Below are positions 10,200 to 19,108 of a stretch of 64,000 bases of DNA, one piece after another (the first letter of the stretch is position 1; each line of letters begins with the position of its first letter). A program made the position numbers and the translations under genes. Under the pieces are notes generated by a model. That model saw only the letters and a list, made by a program, of their open reading frames with translations. It searched no databases and was not told the origin of the DNA. Source of the stretch: an uncultured virus (IMG/VR IMGVR_UViG_3300027772_001884) (Duplodnaviria > Heunggongvirae > Uroviricota > Caudoviricetes); the IMG/VR virus record IMGVR_UViG_3300027772_001884. One strand, 5' to 3'.

Positions 10200-11054
10200 T
10201 CAATTGATATTTTCCGATAATTTTTTGATTCTATTATGAAATTCGCCAAACATTTCATACGCAGAAGTTTCTTCAATATTTTTTGAATCAAAGAAATTAT
10301 GCATGTTTTGATAAATTTTTGAATTATTAGACATGTATCTCTGTTTAGTTTTGCCGCCGGCCAGTAGAATATTTTTATTAATTTTATCAAAACTTGAAGT
10401 TAAACGTATGCTCACAGCAACCCTGTGCGTATCCGTATCTTGTGTTTTATGTATTGTAGTTCCCCTCAGAACTAGCAGGTCCCCGGGTAGTATTTCTGGA
10501 ATATGTTTAATCTTGTCGAGATTAACGCTTATATTAAATTTCTCATCGAATACATCGTCGTGTAAAATGCTTTGATTTTCTGTGCAAGAATAATGTGCCG
10601 CACCACGGGACATCATCTGAAATTGGTCATTAGGAACAGAGGCTCTGAGTCTATCCGCTGGAACGACAGCAAGCCCTGATCTTGTCGCTTCTTGTTTGAT
10701 AATAGGAATATATAAATTAATATAATTATGTAGTTGCTGAAACTTATAATAAGATTCGTGTTCTTGATGCCATCCAAAATTAATTTTACCGTTGTCTGGA
10801 AATGCACAATCATCAGTCAACATGTCTACTTTAGTAGATGTATGTTCAGACACTGTCTTGGCTAGTTGCTCTAATTTTGGAAACAACGTAGCCACAGTGT
10901 CGTTGCTAACCGAATTGACCGAATAATTTTTGTTTACTATATTCACCCGATTGCTATTATAATTAGTTATTAATATATTAAGCTCGTGATCGGTTATAAA
11001 GTTTTTTATAACACAATAGCCAGTAGTTTCTAAAGATTGAATATTTTTTATCAT
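10200..11054 (-). CDS. 2OG-Fe(II) dioxygenase, PhyH-like
   Basis: LETTGYCVIKNF start, GWHQE metal motif, PGDLLVL...HKT...RVAVSIR. Confidence 0.75.
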   Translation of the reverse strand: MIKNIQSLETTGYCVIKNFITDHELNILITNYNSNRVNIVNKNYSVNSVSNDTVATLFPKLEQLAKTVSEHTSTKVDMLTDDCAFPDNGKINFGWHQEHESYYKFQQLHNYINLYIPIIKQEATRSGLAVVPADRLRASVPNDQFQMMSRGAAHYSCTENQSILHDDVFDEKFNISVNLDKIKHIPEILPGDLLVLRGTTIHKTQDTDTHRVAVSIRLTSSFDKINKNILLAGGKTKQRYMSNNSKIYQNMHNFFDSKNIEETSAYEMFGEFHNRIKKLSENIN

Positions 11055-11287
11055 TTTTTAAGATTATTCATTACAAGTTGTTCAGCGTCTTGTTGTCTGC
11101 GTTGTGTATTGAGTTCAACAGCTTTACTAAACATTAGTTCTACAAGTTCTGCCATGATCTTTTTGCCCGGATCTTTCAAATGAGAGTAATGTGTGCTGAC
11201 TTCACTTACATAAGCATACTCATCATTTCTCACAGTACTCATCAACTGTGCGGCAAGTATTGAACCAATTTCTTTTTCAGTAAGCAT
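11051..11287 (-). CDS. Hypothetical protein
   Basis: Start reassigned to MLTEKEIG at 11287 (AAGGA upstream) to avoid overlap with 11289-11606. Confidence 0.6.
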   Translation of the reverse strand: MLTEKEIGSILAAQLMSTVRNDEYAYVSEVSTHYSHLKDPGKKIMAELVELMFSKAVELNTQRRQQDAEQLVMNNLKK

Positions 11288-11288
11288 G

Positions 11289-11606
11289 TTATCCTTTTTT
11301 AAGGAGTTCGATGAACGCAATCTTTCCAATGCTTTCTCCAAAATCCTCGTCATTGTTAATAATATGTAAGCTCGTATTGTTCCGATCTGTTTTTTGATCG
11401 TAGTGACTGATTTCGACAATTTTGCCTCCTGAAGCATTGTATATTGTAAATCTCAAAGGTTCTGTTGCACTGCTTAATGTACTATGACCGTGATGTCTAG
11501 CACTAGTAATAGAATTCACTTTTATATCGCTGCCATAAGGATCCCTTGATGCTTCTTGCTCTGGCCATATAAAGTTATGTAGTTTTGTTCGTATCCAGTT
11601 TTTCAT
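11289..11606 (-). CDS. Hypothetical phage protein
   Basis: 105-aa ORF, GGAG upstream, coupled to neighbours. Confidence 0.7.
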   Translation of the reverse strand: MKNWIRTKLHNFIWPEQEASRDPYGSDIKVNSITSARHHGHSTLSSATEPLRFTIYNASGGKIVEISHYDQKTDRNNTSLHIINNDEDFGESIGKIAFIELLKKG

Positions 11607-11905
11607 AATCTCTCTCCTTGATTGTCATAAATCACGTATCTGTTCTTTTCATAGTCCCAGTGTCTGTTATCATATATACTTGCATTAAAACTGTAGCCGA
11701 ACAATCCCAGACGTAGTGTGACTCCGGCATGATCGCATCGAGTTTTTATAGTAAAGTCAATCTCAACAATGCAACCATTCTTTATCAGCTCGAACTCCCA
11801 GAACTTATTTTTAAAAGGAGTATCACTGGACCAATTACGAATATTCTTAAAACTCTTCCAATCTCGAAAACTGGGATTTTGTATAGCTATAGTAATAGCT
11901 ATCAT
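11603..11905 (-). CDS. Hypothetical phage protein
   Basis: Start at MIAITIA (11905) gives ATGA overlap with the upstream gene. Confidence 0.65.
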   Translation of the reverse strand: MIAITIAIQNPSFRDWKSFKNIRNWSSDTPFKNKFWEFELIKNGCIVEIDFTIKTRCDHAGVTLRLGLFGYSFNASIYDNRHWDYEKNRYVIYDNQGERL

Positions 11906-12123
11906 ACAAACTTGCCGAGACCTAACCAAATTAGTTGTTCAAGTTCTGTTTGATAGTCCTGGCCCAATCTGCGCTTTTCATAGATAGACATCAAGATATC
12001 TTTGCCATCGCCGTAGTCTGTAGCACCAGCTCCGCGCAACTCTAATTCTTCAATCAAATCGTCAGTTTCAAAGTCTGACAAGTCAACATCTACTTCAACT
12101 TCTTTGTACATTGTTTTATACAT
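11902..12123 (-). CDS. Hypothetical acidic phage protein
   Basis: 73 aa, AAGGA upstream, VDVDLSDFETDDLIEELE. Confidence 0.7.
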   Translation of the reverse strand: MYKTMYKEVEVDVDLSDFETDDLIEELELRGAGATDYGDGKDILMSIYEKRRLGQDYQTELEQLIWLGLGKFV

Positions 12124-12143
12124 ATATTTCCTTATACAGTTCG

Positions 12144-12395
12144 TTAATCTGTGTATTCACGCAAGGCCTTAATATCCCTGTGTTTTACTATTATAACATG
12201 ATGTATTTGTTTGTCAAACTTGATGGGCAAATCCAAATGCACACTGATACGTGGTCCTTCTGTGTGATTGATTACTGTGTCGTTACCAACTGTTCCGATA
12301 AATGGAATTTTATTCCAATAACCAAACACTCGGTCTCCGAGGTACCATGTTGGCATATATCCATTTTTTTCAAAGTAATCAGTTTGATTTCCCAT
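12144..12395 (-). CDS. Hypothetical phage protein
   Basis: 83-aa ORF with GGAG upstream. Confidence 0.7.
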   Translation of the reverse strand: MGNQTDYFEKNGYMPTWYLGDRVFGYWNKIPFIGTVGNDTVINHTEGPRISVHLDLPIKFDKQIHHVIIVKHRDIKALREYTD

Positions 12396-12421
12396 TATAG
12401 TTTTTCTCCAGGTTAAAAACT

Positions 12422-12616
12422 TTAGCCACCAAAATGTTTAATTACAGTATCTAAAGCCTGCACTACGCGAGTATTATTCACAACATCTTCGGGGTGCAAG
12501 TATTCACCTTTTTTAAAATCTTTTAGTTCTTTCTTGAGGTACTGGCGCTGTTCCTTGAGCACAATTACTGCAATTCGATCTGCGGTTTCAAAATCAATCT
12601 CGAGTTTCTTGTTCAT
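12422..12616 (-). CDS. Hypothetical protein
   Basis: 64-aa ORF overlapping the ligase stop (ATGA). Confidence 0.7.
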   Translation of the reverse strand: MNKKLEIDFETADRIAVIVLKEQRQYLKKELKDFKKGEYLHPEDVVNNTRVVQALDTVIKHFGG

Positions 12617-13929
12617 AATTTTTCTCCTGCTTCAAATCCGCGGAAGCGTAGAAATCTAGGAAATCGCAGACTATATGTGCCGTCTTGGTTCTGTGTGACA
12701 GCATCTGCTCTTACTTCAACCACTGCTCCAAAAAGTGTATTACGACTAGTCCAATAGTCAATGCGGTCGTTATCAGTGAACCCGCTACCACAATTAACTT
12801 GAATAAACTTGCCTCCGTCGTTTCCACTGCATATGAGCGCACCCAATCGTCCTTCATTTCGTCCTGTACCTTCTTCAACACCCTGTACCTCCAAACTTAC
12901 TTCAATAAAAGGCTTTAGTTTTAACCAAGCATGACTTCGCTTGCATTCATAAGGAGCCATAGGATCCTTGATCATAATGCCTTCATAGCCGCCTTCGATG
13001 GCCAGTGCATTGATCTCTTTGTATTTGCGTTGTCCTGCTTCAGAGTCCAAATCTACAAGTTCTTGTCCCACCATTGTCATATTAGGCAATGAATCTTGAT
13101 GATGAAGCACGAACTCTGTTAAATGATTACTACGGAATTCTTGTGTAGCATTCCAAATGCCCCGTTCAAAATGAACTAAAGGAATACAATCAAACAAATG
13201 TAGCACAGCATCCTCGGCTTGTACATCACTTTTACGATGCACCTGCTTCATCAAGTCCTGGAAACTACTGCTCATGATCTCGCCATCAAATACCCAAGGC
13301 TCTAATAATGTGTCTGCAATAGCGGCAAACTGCTCTGCTATATGTGGAAAATTGACAAACTCTTTGCCATTGCGACTAAACATATTGACACGGCCATCAG
13401 GGTGTACAATAGTGATAACACGAACACCATCAAGTTTAACTTCGATAAATCTCTTCCCTGTGACTTTGCTTTCATGGTTAGCACTATCGTGAGCAAGCTG
13501 ACAACCAAAAACAGGAATAGCATAATCAGCATATTTCTTCTCCACTACTTTGTTAATTGTTTTTTCGCTGAGACCACAGCGTAGATCTTTGATAAGGATA
13601 CGACGATACCAATCGTTCCATTGTGCATTAGTACAGTTAGACATTAATTGGTCAATGGTATCTCGAGCAAGATTGCCAGTGATTTGACGAGTAACAAAAC
13701 CAGTGAGTACTAGGGTAAATGAATCCCAATCTACTCCCCGGCCATCAGGACCACTGCGTTCTGGAACTTGTTTGATACCAAATGTAATTGTACTGTCTAG
13801 TGCAAGACGACAGCCATGAAAAAATTCATCGTTACCTGCTTCTGCTTGAGCCAGGATAATTTGTTCTTTGTTAGTGCGAAGATTGTGGTCTTCTAAACTA
13901 CTGATAACATAATAGCAGGGATCGGACAT
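12613..13929 (-). CDS. lig: ATP-dependent DNA ligase
   Basis: EVKLDGVR (KxDG), FDGEI, EGIMIK, WLKLKP, SLRFPRF motifs. Confidence 0.96.
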   Translation of the reverse strand: MSDPCYYVISSLEDHNLRTNKEQIILAQAEAGNDEFFHGCRLALDSTITFGIKQVPERSGPDGRGVDWDSFTLVLTGFVTRQITGNLARDTIDQLMSNCTNAQWNDWYRRILIKDLRCGLSEKTINKVVEKKYADYAIPVFGCQLAHDSANHESKVTGKRFIEVKLDGVRVITIVHPDGRVNMFSRNGKEFVNFPHIAEQFAAIADTLLEPWVFDGEIMSSSFQDLMKQVHRKSDVQAEDAVLHLFDCIPLVHFERGIWNATQEFRSNHLTEFVLHHQDSLPNMTMVGQELVDLDSEAGQRKYKEINALAIEGGYEGIMIKDPMAPYECKRSHAWLKLKPFIEVSLEVQGVEEGTGRNEGRLGALICSGNDGGKFIQVNCGSGFTDNDRIDYWTSRNTLFGAVVEVRADAVTQNQDGTYSLRFPRFLRFRGFEAGEKL

Positions 13930-13944
13930 GTTGTCTCCAAAAAA

Positions 13945-13978
13945 AGTCTCTATGTCATATTATAACAGCATAGAGACT
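13945..13978. repeat. Perfect 10-bp inverted repeat enclosing the ligase promoter -10 box
   Basis: AGTCTCTATG (13945-13954) and CATAGAGACT (13969-13978), 14-nt spacer. Confidence 0.85.
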
Positions 13979-13987
13979 CTGTGTCAA
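13959..13987 (-). promoter_or_regulatory. Consensus sigma70 promoter upstream of ligase
   Basis: Minus strand TTGACA-17 nt-TATAAT. Confidence 0.85.
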
Positions 13988-14278
13988 TTATTTTTTGGCA
14001 ATTTGTTTTGCTGCCTCAAAAATACGCATGGCATCTTGCAAACGAAAGTTTTCCTGGCGATAGTGCCAATCTTTTTTACGTTGTGCTATGTCTAGCGCAT
14101 CCATTAATGTATATTTGTCTTTTAAATTATTTGTTTGCATTAACATAGAAGACATATCTACAATATCTAACGCATACTCTACCCATTTGTGTGTGCTATT
14201 AATTTTATCTTTTTTGAGAAAAACTAATTTACTTGAACCCGTTTTTGCATACTTTTGTTTGTAATTTGCTACATTCAT
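13988..14278 (-). CDS. Hypothetical protein
   Basis: 96-aa ORF with its own consensus promoter. Confidence 0.7.
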   Translation of the reverse strand: MNVANYKQKYAKTGSSKLVFLKKDKINSTHKWVEYALDIVDMSSMLMQTNNLKDKYTLMDALDIAQRKKDWHYRQENFRLQDAMRIFEAAKQIAKK

Positions 14279-14309
14279 AAAATACTCGCTTGTTGTGGTA
14301 CAAGCAAGT

Positions 14310-14338
14310 ATTATACAATATTATCGAATTTGTGTCAA
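14310..14338 (-). promoter_or_regulatory. Consensus sigma70 promoter
   Basis: Minus strand TTGACA-17 nt-TATAAT; overlaps inverted repeat 14281-14312. Confidence 0.85.
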
Positions 14339-14548
14339 TTATTCGTAGTGATGTTCTTGCATAAGCTCATGCCGTTTCCGGTAAAGCACAGCTAGCTCGT
14401 CTTTGAGTTTGAGTTTTTCTTTTTTAAGTGTTTCTACTTGATATTCGTCCCAAGATGTTTGGGCTGTGGCCTGTTCGATTTGTCTTGCCACTTGGGTGTG
14501 TCGATTGTCCACAGTTCTGATGTGATGTTCCAGTGAGTCGATGTCCAT
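14339..14548 (-). CDS. DUF465/YdcH-like small coiled-coil protein
   Basis: MDIDSLEHH...HTQVARQI...LKKEKLKLKDEL; start reassigned to 14548 using AAGGAG. Confidence 0.65.
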   Translation of the reverse strand: MDIDSLEHHIRTVDNRHTQVARQIEQATAQTSWDEYQVETLKKEKLKLKDELAVLYRKRHELMQEHHYE

Positions 14549-14574
14549 TTCAATCTCCTTAAAAATTGTCATAG

Positions 14575-14603
14575 TTGACAATACATATTTAATGTTGTAT
14601 AAT
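14575..14603 (+). promoter_or_regulatory. Consensus sigma70 promoter upstream of HNH gene
   Basis: TTGACA (14575-14580)-17 nt-TATAAT (14598-14603). Confidence 0.8.
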
Positions 14604-14632
14604 TATTTTTACAGCCTGCCGATTTATAAGAT

Positions 14633-14638
14633 TAAATA
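14633..14638 (+). promoter_or_regulatory. Putative late promoter core TAAATA
   Basis: 5 nt before HNH ATG, same spacing as other late starts. Confidence 0.5.
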
Positions 14639-14643
14639 AAAAT

Positions 14644-15183
14644 ATGAGTGATACACTACTACTAAACAGCGACGGCACTCCGTTGTCGATGTTGCCGCCC
14701 AGCGTTGTTGATTGGACCATGGCTATCAAACTTACTTTTTTAAACAAAGTTTCAGTGATCAAAGAATATGATGATTGGGTAGTTCATAGTCAAAAGCTGT
14801 CAATTCCAGTGCCCAGCATTATTATGACCAAGCGTTATGTACGACCAAAAAACAAGGTTTTGTTTAACCGTAAAATGGTTTATCTACGGGATAACTATAC
14901 CTGCCAATACTGCGGAGATCAGTTCCAAGCCAAAGACTTGACTCTGGATCATGTCACGCCTAAAAGCAAAGGTGGTAACAGTTCTTGGAGTAATTTAGTC
15001 ACCTGTTGCGGCACATGTAACTGGCTTAAAGGCGCCAAAGTAATAGAGCCGTTGTCCAAGCCCAAAGAGCCAAATTACTGGCAAATGGTCAAAGTTGTCA
15101 AACAAAACAACCCTTATCAAATGCGAGACCCTGCCTGGGCAGAATATCTGGGCTATGACAGTAAGCTGATAGCAACAGGATAA
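14644..15183 (+). CDS. HNH endonuclease (McrA/HNH_5-like)
   Basis: LRDNYTCQYCG...LTLDHVTPKSKGG...WSNLVTCCGTCNWLKG. Confidence 0.92.
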   Translation: MSDTLLLNSDGTPLSMLPPSVVDWTMAIKLTFLNKVSVIKEYDDWVVHSQKLSIPVPSIIMTKRYVRPKNKVLFNRKMVYLRDNYTCQYCGDQFQAKDLTLDHVTPKSKGGNSSWSNLVTCCGTCNWLKGAKVIEPLSKPKEPNYWQMVKVVKQNNPYQMRDPAWAEYLGYDSKLIATG

Positions 15184-15213
15184 CAAAAAGGCACTTTATG
15201 TGCCTTTTTTGTT
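15182..15213. terminator. Intrinsic terminator after HNH (possibly bidirectional)
   Basis: AAAAAGGCAC-TTTAT-GTGCCTTTTTT stem-loop with A and T tracts. Confidence 0.8.
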
Positions 15214-15241
15214 GACTCGTTATCTACATACATTATTCTAT

Positions 15242-15249
15242 AATAAATA
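15242..15249 (+). promoter_or_regulatory. Late promoter (AATAAATA)
   Basis: TAAATA 5 nt before gp25 ATG, immediately after the terminator. Confidence 0.7.
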
Positions 15250-15254
15250 CATGT

Positions 15255-15635
15255 ATGAGAAAATTCAAAGGTTACAGTACTGTTGATAAAACGTGGGGAA
15301 ATTTCAAACTCTACGATATTAACCTTGCAAAACGCGACTTGCTTAACGAGTTCTATACTCGCAAAGGTGAACGAGTAATGAGTCCTGAGTTCGGAAGCAT
15401 TGTTTGGGATCTGTTGTTTGATCCATTAACTGACGAAACTATAGATGCTATTAGAACAGATTGTCTGCGTATTGTAACCAAAGATCCTAGACTAGATTTA
15501 TTGGACATAGATATAGTAGACAACGAACATACAATTATAGTAACTATTATTTTGAGATATGTTCCCACAGCAACAGAAACAGAATTAGTAGCGGTGTTTA
15601 ACAGAAACTTGACCGCAGAACGAGAAATCGGATAA
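15255..15635 (+). CDS. gp25: Baseplate wedge protein gp25 (GPW/gp25 family)
   Basis: TRKGERVMSPEFGSIVWDLLFDP motif. Confidence 0.92.
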   Translation: MRKFKGYSTVDKTWGNFKLYDINLAKRDLLNEFYTRKGERVMSPEFGSIVWDLLFDPLTDETIDAIRTDCLRIVTKDPRLDLLDIDIVDNEHTIIVTIILRYVPTATETELVAVFNRNLTAEREIG

Positions 15636-15646
15636 AAGGATAAACT

Positions 15647-18600
15647 ATGCCAAAGGCAATTAGACAAGAAAACTTATACGGAGCAGAAGACTGGACAGTA
15701 GTATATTCTAGTTTTAAAAATGCAGAATTCCGTAGCTACGATTTTGACACACTACGTCAGTCGATGATTAATTATGTGCAATTCAACTACCCTGAAGAGT
15801 TCAACGATTATACACAAAACAGCGAATTTATTGCATTAGTGGACTTGGTTGCTTATGTAGGTCAAAATCTAGCATTCCGCATGGATTTAAATGCAAGAGA
15901 AAATATTTTAGACACAGCAGAAAAACGTGAAAGTGTACTGCGTATTGCACGTATGCTTTCATATAAACCCAAGCGTGTTCGTCCAGCACAGGGCTTTATG
16001 AAAGTTGTTGCAATTAACACGTCAGAGTCTATATTAGACAGTAGCGGTGTAAATTTATCTAATAAGACAATTATGTGGGGAGCAGATCCCAGTGAATTAG
16101 AATACGAGCGTTTCATTAAAGTAATGAACGCGGCATTTAATTCCAACAATCAGTTTGGTACACCCACAAAAAGAAGTACTAATACTGACACAGGGAATTT
16201 ATTTGAAGTTTATAATTTTAATAATTTAGGTACAGAGTTATTAACAAACTACTCTATTGGTGGAAACGTAGATGGTTTAAATTTAACTTTCGATATATTA
16301 CCGATTGATATCAGCACAGACGGTATACTAACTCAGTCCGAACCGAATTTAGACAGTGCATTCAGTGTCATGTATAGAAATGACGGCAAGGGTGTGGGCA
16401 GTACAAAAACTGGTTTTTTCTGTTTGGTCAAACAGGGAACATTGGTTAGTATTGTAGAACAAATTTATAGTCCTAGTGCTAATTTAGTCATCGACATTCC
16501 CAACACAGGAAATATCAGTGAAGAAGATTTTTATGTGCAATCGATAGACGACACAGGTACAATATTAAAATCATGGAAAAAAGTTGGCGACTTAAACTTC
16601 TCTAATATTGTGCTCAATGAATACAACGGCAGCGAACGAGATTTGTACGAAGTAATTTACAGCGATGCCGACATAACAAGTATTAAATTTGGCGATGGTT
16701 CATTTACTAATGTCCCAACAGGACAGATAAAAGTTTGGTATCGAATTGCTGAAAATGATTTCGTAAGAGTTAAAGCAGGCGACGTAAATAATATTACTTT
16801 CAACATTGGTTATGCCAATGCCAATAATCAAGCGCAGACGTTGACAATAACCTTGGAACTACAAGACAACATGATCACTGGTCTACCCAGTGAAACAGTT
16901 GATGAAATCAAACGTAATGCACCTGAAGCGTTTTACAGTAAAAATAGAATGGTCACTGGCGATGACTACAATGGATTCTTACCCACATTAAACAGCGATG
17001 TGCTGATTATGAAAGCTGAAAATCGCACGTTCAGTGGACACAGTCGTTATGTGGATTTGAGCGACCCCACAGGCAAGAGCCGTCCATTAATCGAATTCGG
17101 CGATGATGGTTACATGTACAAAGACGAACTGACTAAGAACACATATATTGCCGATGATGCAAGTCGTCGTTCAGTTGATTTATTAGACGAATACATTGAA
17201 AAACAGTTGGCAGACATTGGATTACTAAACTTTTATTACGGCAAGTTAAATCTATCAAACGTCACTGGCACTGCTAGTACACAATATTTTCCCAGTGTAA
17301 GATTAGAAAAAACAATATATTATGCAACCACAGTCGATGCTATAGATGCAACATCTACTATTATAACTATTCCAGTAGAAAGTATTAATACACTGAACGC
17401 ATTTGATAATTTTGACATCAACGGCGGCATGTTACAAATAGATAATGAATTGTTTACATATACTAACATTGTTAATAATACATTCACAGGAGTGCGTCGA
17501 GCACAGCAGGGAACAAGCAAAGCGTCACATGCCAGTGGATCGCAGGCATTTAAAGTCAGTGACTATCGTTGGAGATATTCATACAACGATTTAACTTCGA
17601 GTAACGGCTTTATATCAGAATCTTTGGCGTCCAAAGTTCCTATGAAACTGGGATTCACTACAGGCGGCGAGTTACGAACAATGCGTCCTGGATCATTAAT
17701 TAAATTAAAGAACGATACAGGCGATACTCGCTGGGTCACTGTGTCTGATATTCGAGGCGATGGACTTGGTATAGAAAACATTGACTATGTTTATACAGGT
17801 TTATTATCTAATGGCCATGGTCCAGTGGAAATTAACGCATCTGTCACAGACACTGAACGGCTTGTTGAAATATTACCGCCATTTGCCAGAGTATTTGATA
17901 CTGTCACACGAGAATTGATTATTGAAAAATTAGAAGAAAAAGTTTCGTTTGCATTAAAATTTGACAACTTAACTCCCAAGTGGACTATAATAACTACACC
18001 AGTGAATACAACTGCTAATTATAATTCAAACAGCAACAGCACAGGCTGGATATTAAATGTAACGCGAGAAAGCAATGGCTGGACTATTACTAGTCGTCAG
18101 TTAGACTATGTATTTGGCAGTGAAGGATTGATTCGTTTTTATAACATCAATTTTGCAGCCACGTTTAATCCTAACTTTAAATCAGTTAGCAATGATTACA
18201 TCAGTTTAGTTACATTGGACTCTGGTTCTAAATTATCAGTACTCAAGAAATATCGCATCAGCGGATATTATGTCTACGATGACGGATATACTGATAATAG
18301 TAAAGTCAAAGTAACTCCATTGGATTTAGACAATGACTTTTTGCCAGATGATCCAGACCATTTTAATGTTATCATAGGCGCCAGCGAAATTGTGTTAATT
18401 AACTATGAAGAAGGTGACTTCTCGTATGAGATTCCTGCAGAATTATCAACCCCAGAACAAATTTTAGATACAGTCAATGGTAAAATGAACTTGGCATTTA
18501 AATGGGAACACAACACCAATATTGATCAAACGTTGAATCCTAGTTTAACTAATATCATAGATGCGTATGTTTTAACTAAAACATATAATGATGATTATGT

Positions 18601-19108
18601 ATCATGGAAAAAGAAAAATGATTCAAATATTGTTGCACCGTTGCCTCCTACCACTGAAGAACTACGAGACAACTTTGCAAATCTAGTTGAATATAAAATG
18701 ATCACAGATGAAATAATTTTTCATCCAGTTAAGTTTAAACCATTATTCGGAACACTTGCCGACCCGGAATTCCAAGCGCAGTTCAAAGTGGTCAAGAGTC
18801 TTAAGACAAAACTAACAGACAGTGAAATTAAAAGTAAAGTCATTGATGCAATCGATACTTTCTTTACTCCAGGTAACTTTGGCTTTGGAGAAATCTTTTA
18901 CTTCACGGAATTAGCCGCATACATACATACTGCACTAAAAACAGAACTCAACAGTGTTGTCATAGTTCCAATAAGTGCAGAAAGTAGATTTGGTACGTTA
19001 TTTCAAATACAACCAGACAGCAATGAAGTCGTAACAAGTGTCGCAGGAGTCAGCGACATTGTTGTTATTAGTGAAATTACAGACAGCAACATTAGGATCA
19101 GTCGATGA
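15647..19108 (+). CDS. gp6: Baseplate wedge protein gp6-like
   Basis: YDFDTLRQSMINY...FNDY, NARENILDTA...SVLRIARMLSYKP, IKFGDG, ETVDEIKRNAP...NRMVTGDDY; follows gp25. Confidence 0.85.
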   Translation: MPKAIRQENLYGAEDWTVVYSSFKNAEFRSYDFDTLRQSMINYVQFNYPEEFNDYTQNSEFIALVDLVAYVGQNLAFRMDLNARENILDTAEKRESVLRIARMLSYKPKRVRPAQGFMKVVAINTSESILDSSGVNLSNKTIMWGADPSELEYERFIKVMNAAFNSNNQFGTPTKRSTNTDTGNLFEVYNFNNLGTELLTNYSIGGNVDGLNLTFDILPIDISTDGILTQSEPNLDSAFSVMYRNDGKGVGSTKTGFFCLVKQGTLVSIVEQIYSPSANLVIDIPNTGNISEEDFYVQSIDDTGTILKSWKKVGDLNFSNIVLNEYNGSERDLYEVIYSDADITSIKFGDGSFTNVPTGQIKVWYRIAENDFVRVKAGDVNNITFNIGYANANNQAQTLTITLELQDNMITGLPSETVDEIKRNAPEAFYSKNRMVTGDDYNGFLPTLNSDVLIMKAENRTFSGHSRYVDLSDPTGKSRPLIEFGDDGYMYKDELTKNTYIADDASRRSVDLLDEYIEKQLADIGLLNFYYGKLNLSNVTGTASTQYFPSVRLEKTIYYATTVDAIDATSTIITIPVESINTLNAFDNFDINGGMLQIDNELFTYTNIVNNTFTGVRRAQQGTSKASHASGSQAFKVSDYRWRYSYNDLTSSNGFISESLASKVPMKLGFTTGGELRTMRPGSLIKLKNDTGDTRWVTVSDIRGDGLGIENIDYVYTGLLSNGHGPVEINASVTDTERLVEILPPFARVFDTVTRELIIEKLEEKVSFALKFDNLTPKWTIITTPVNTTANYNSNSNSTGWILNVTRESNGWTITSRQLDYVFGSEGLIRFYNINFAATFNPNFKSVSNDYISLVTLDSGSKLSVLKKYRISGYYVYDDGYTDNSKVKVTPLDLDNDFLPDDPDHFNVIIGASEIVLINYEEGDFSYEIPAELSTPEQILDTVNGKMNLAFKWEHNTNIDQTLNPSLTNIIDAYVLTKTYNDDYVSWKKKNDSNIVAPLPPTTEELRDNFANLVEYKMITDEIIFHPVKFKPLFGTLADPEFQAQFKVVKSLKTKLTDSEIKSKVIDAIDTFFTPGNFGFGEIFYFTELAAYIHTALKTELNSVVIVPISAESRFGTLFQIQPDSNEVVTSVAGVSDIVVISEITDSNIRISR

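Noticed and set aside
14644..15183. HNH as part of an intron or intein
   Set aside because: It is free-standing with its own promoter and terminator, and neighbouring genes are uninterrupted
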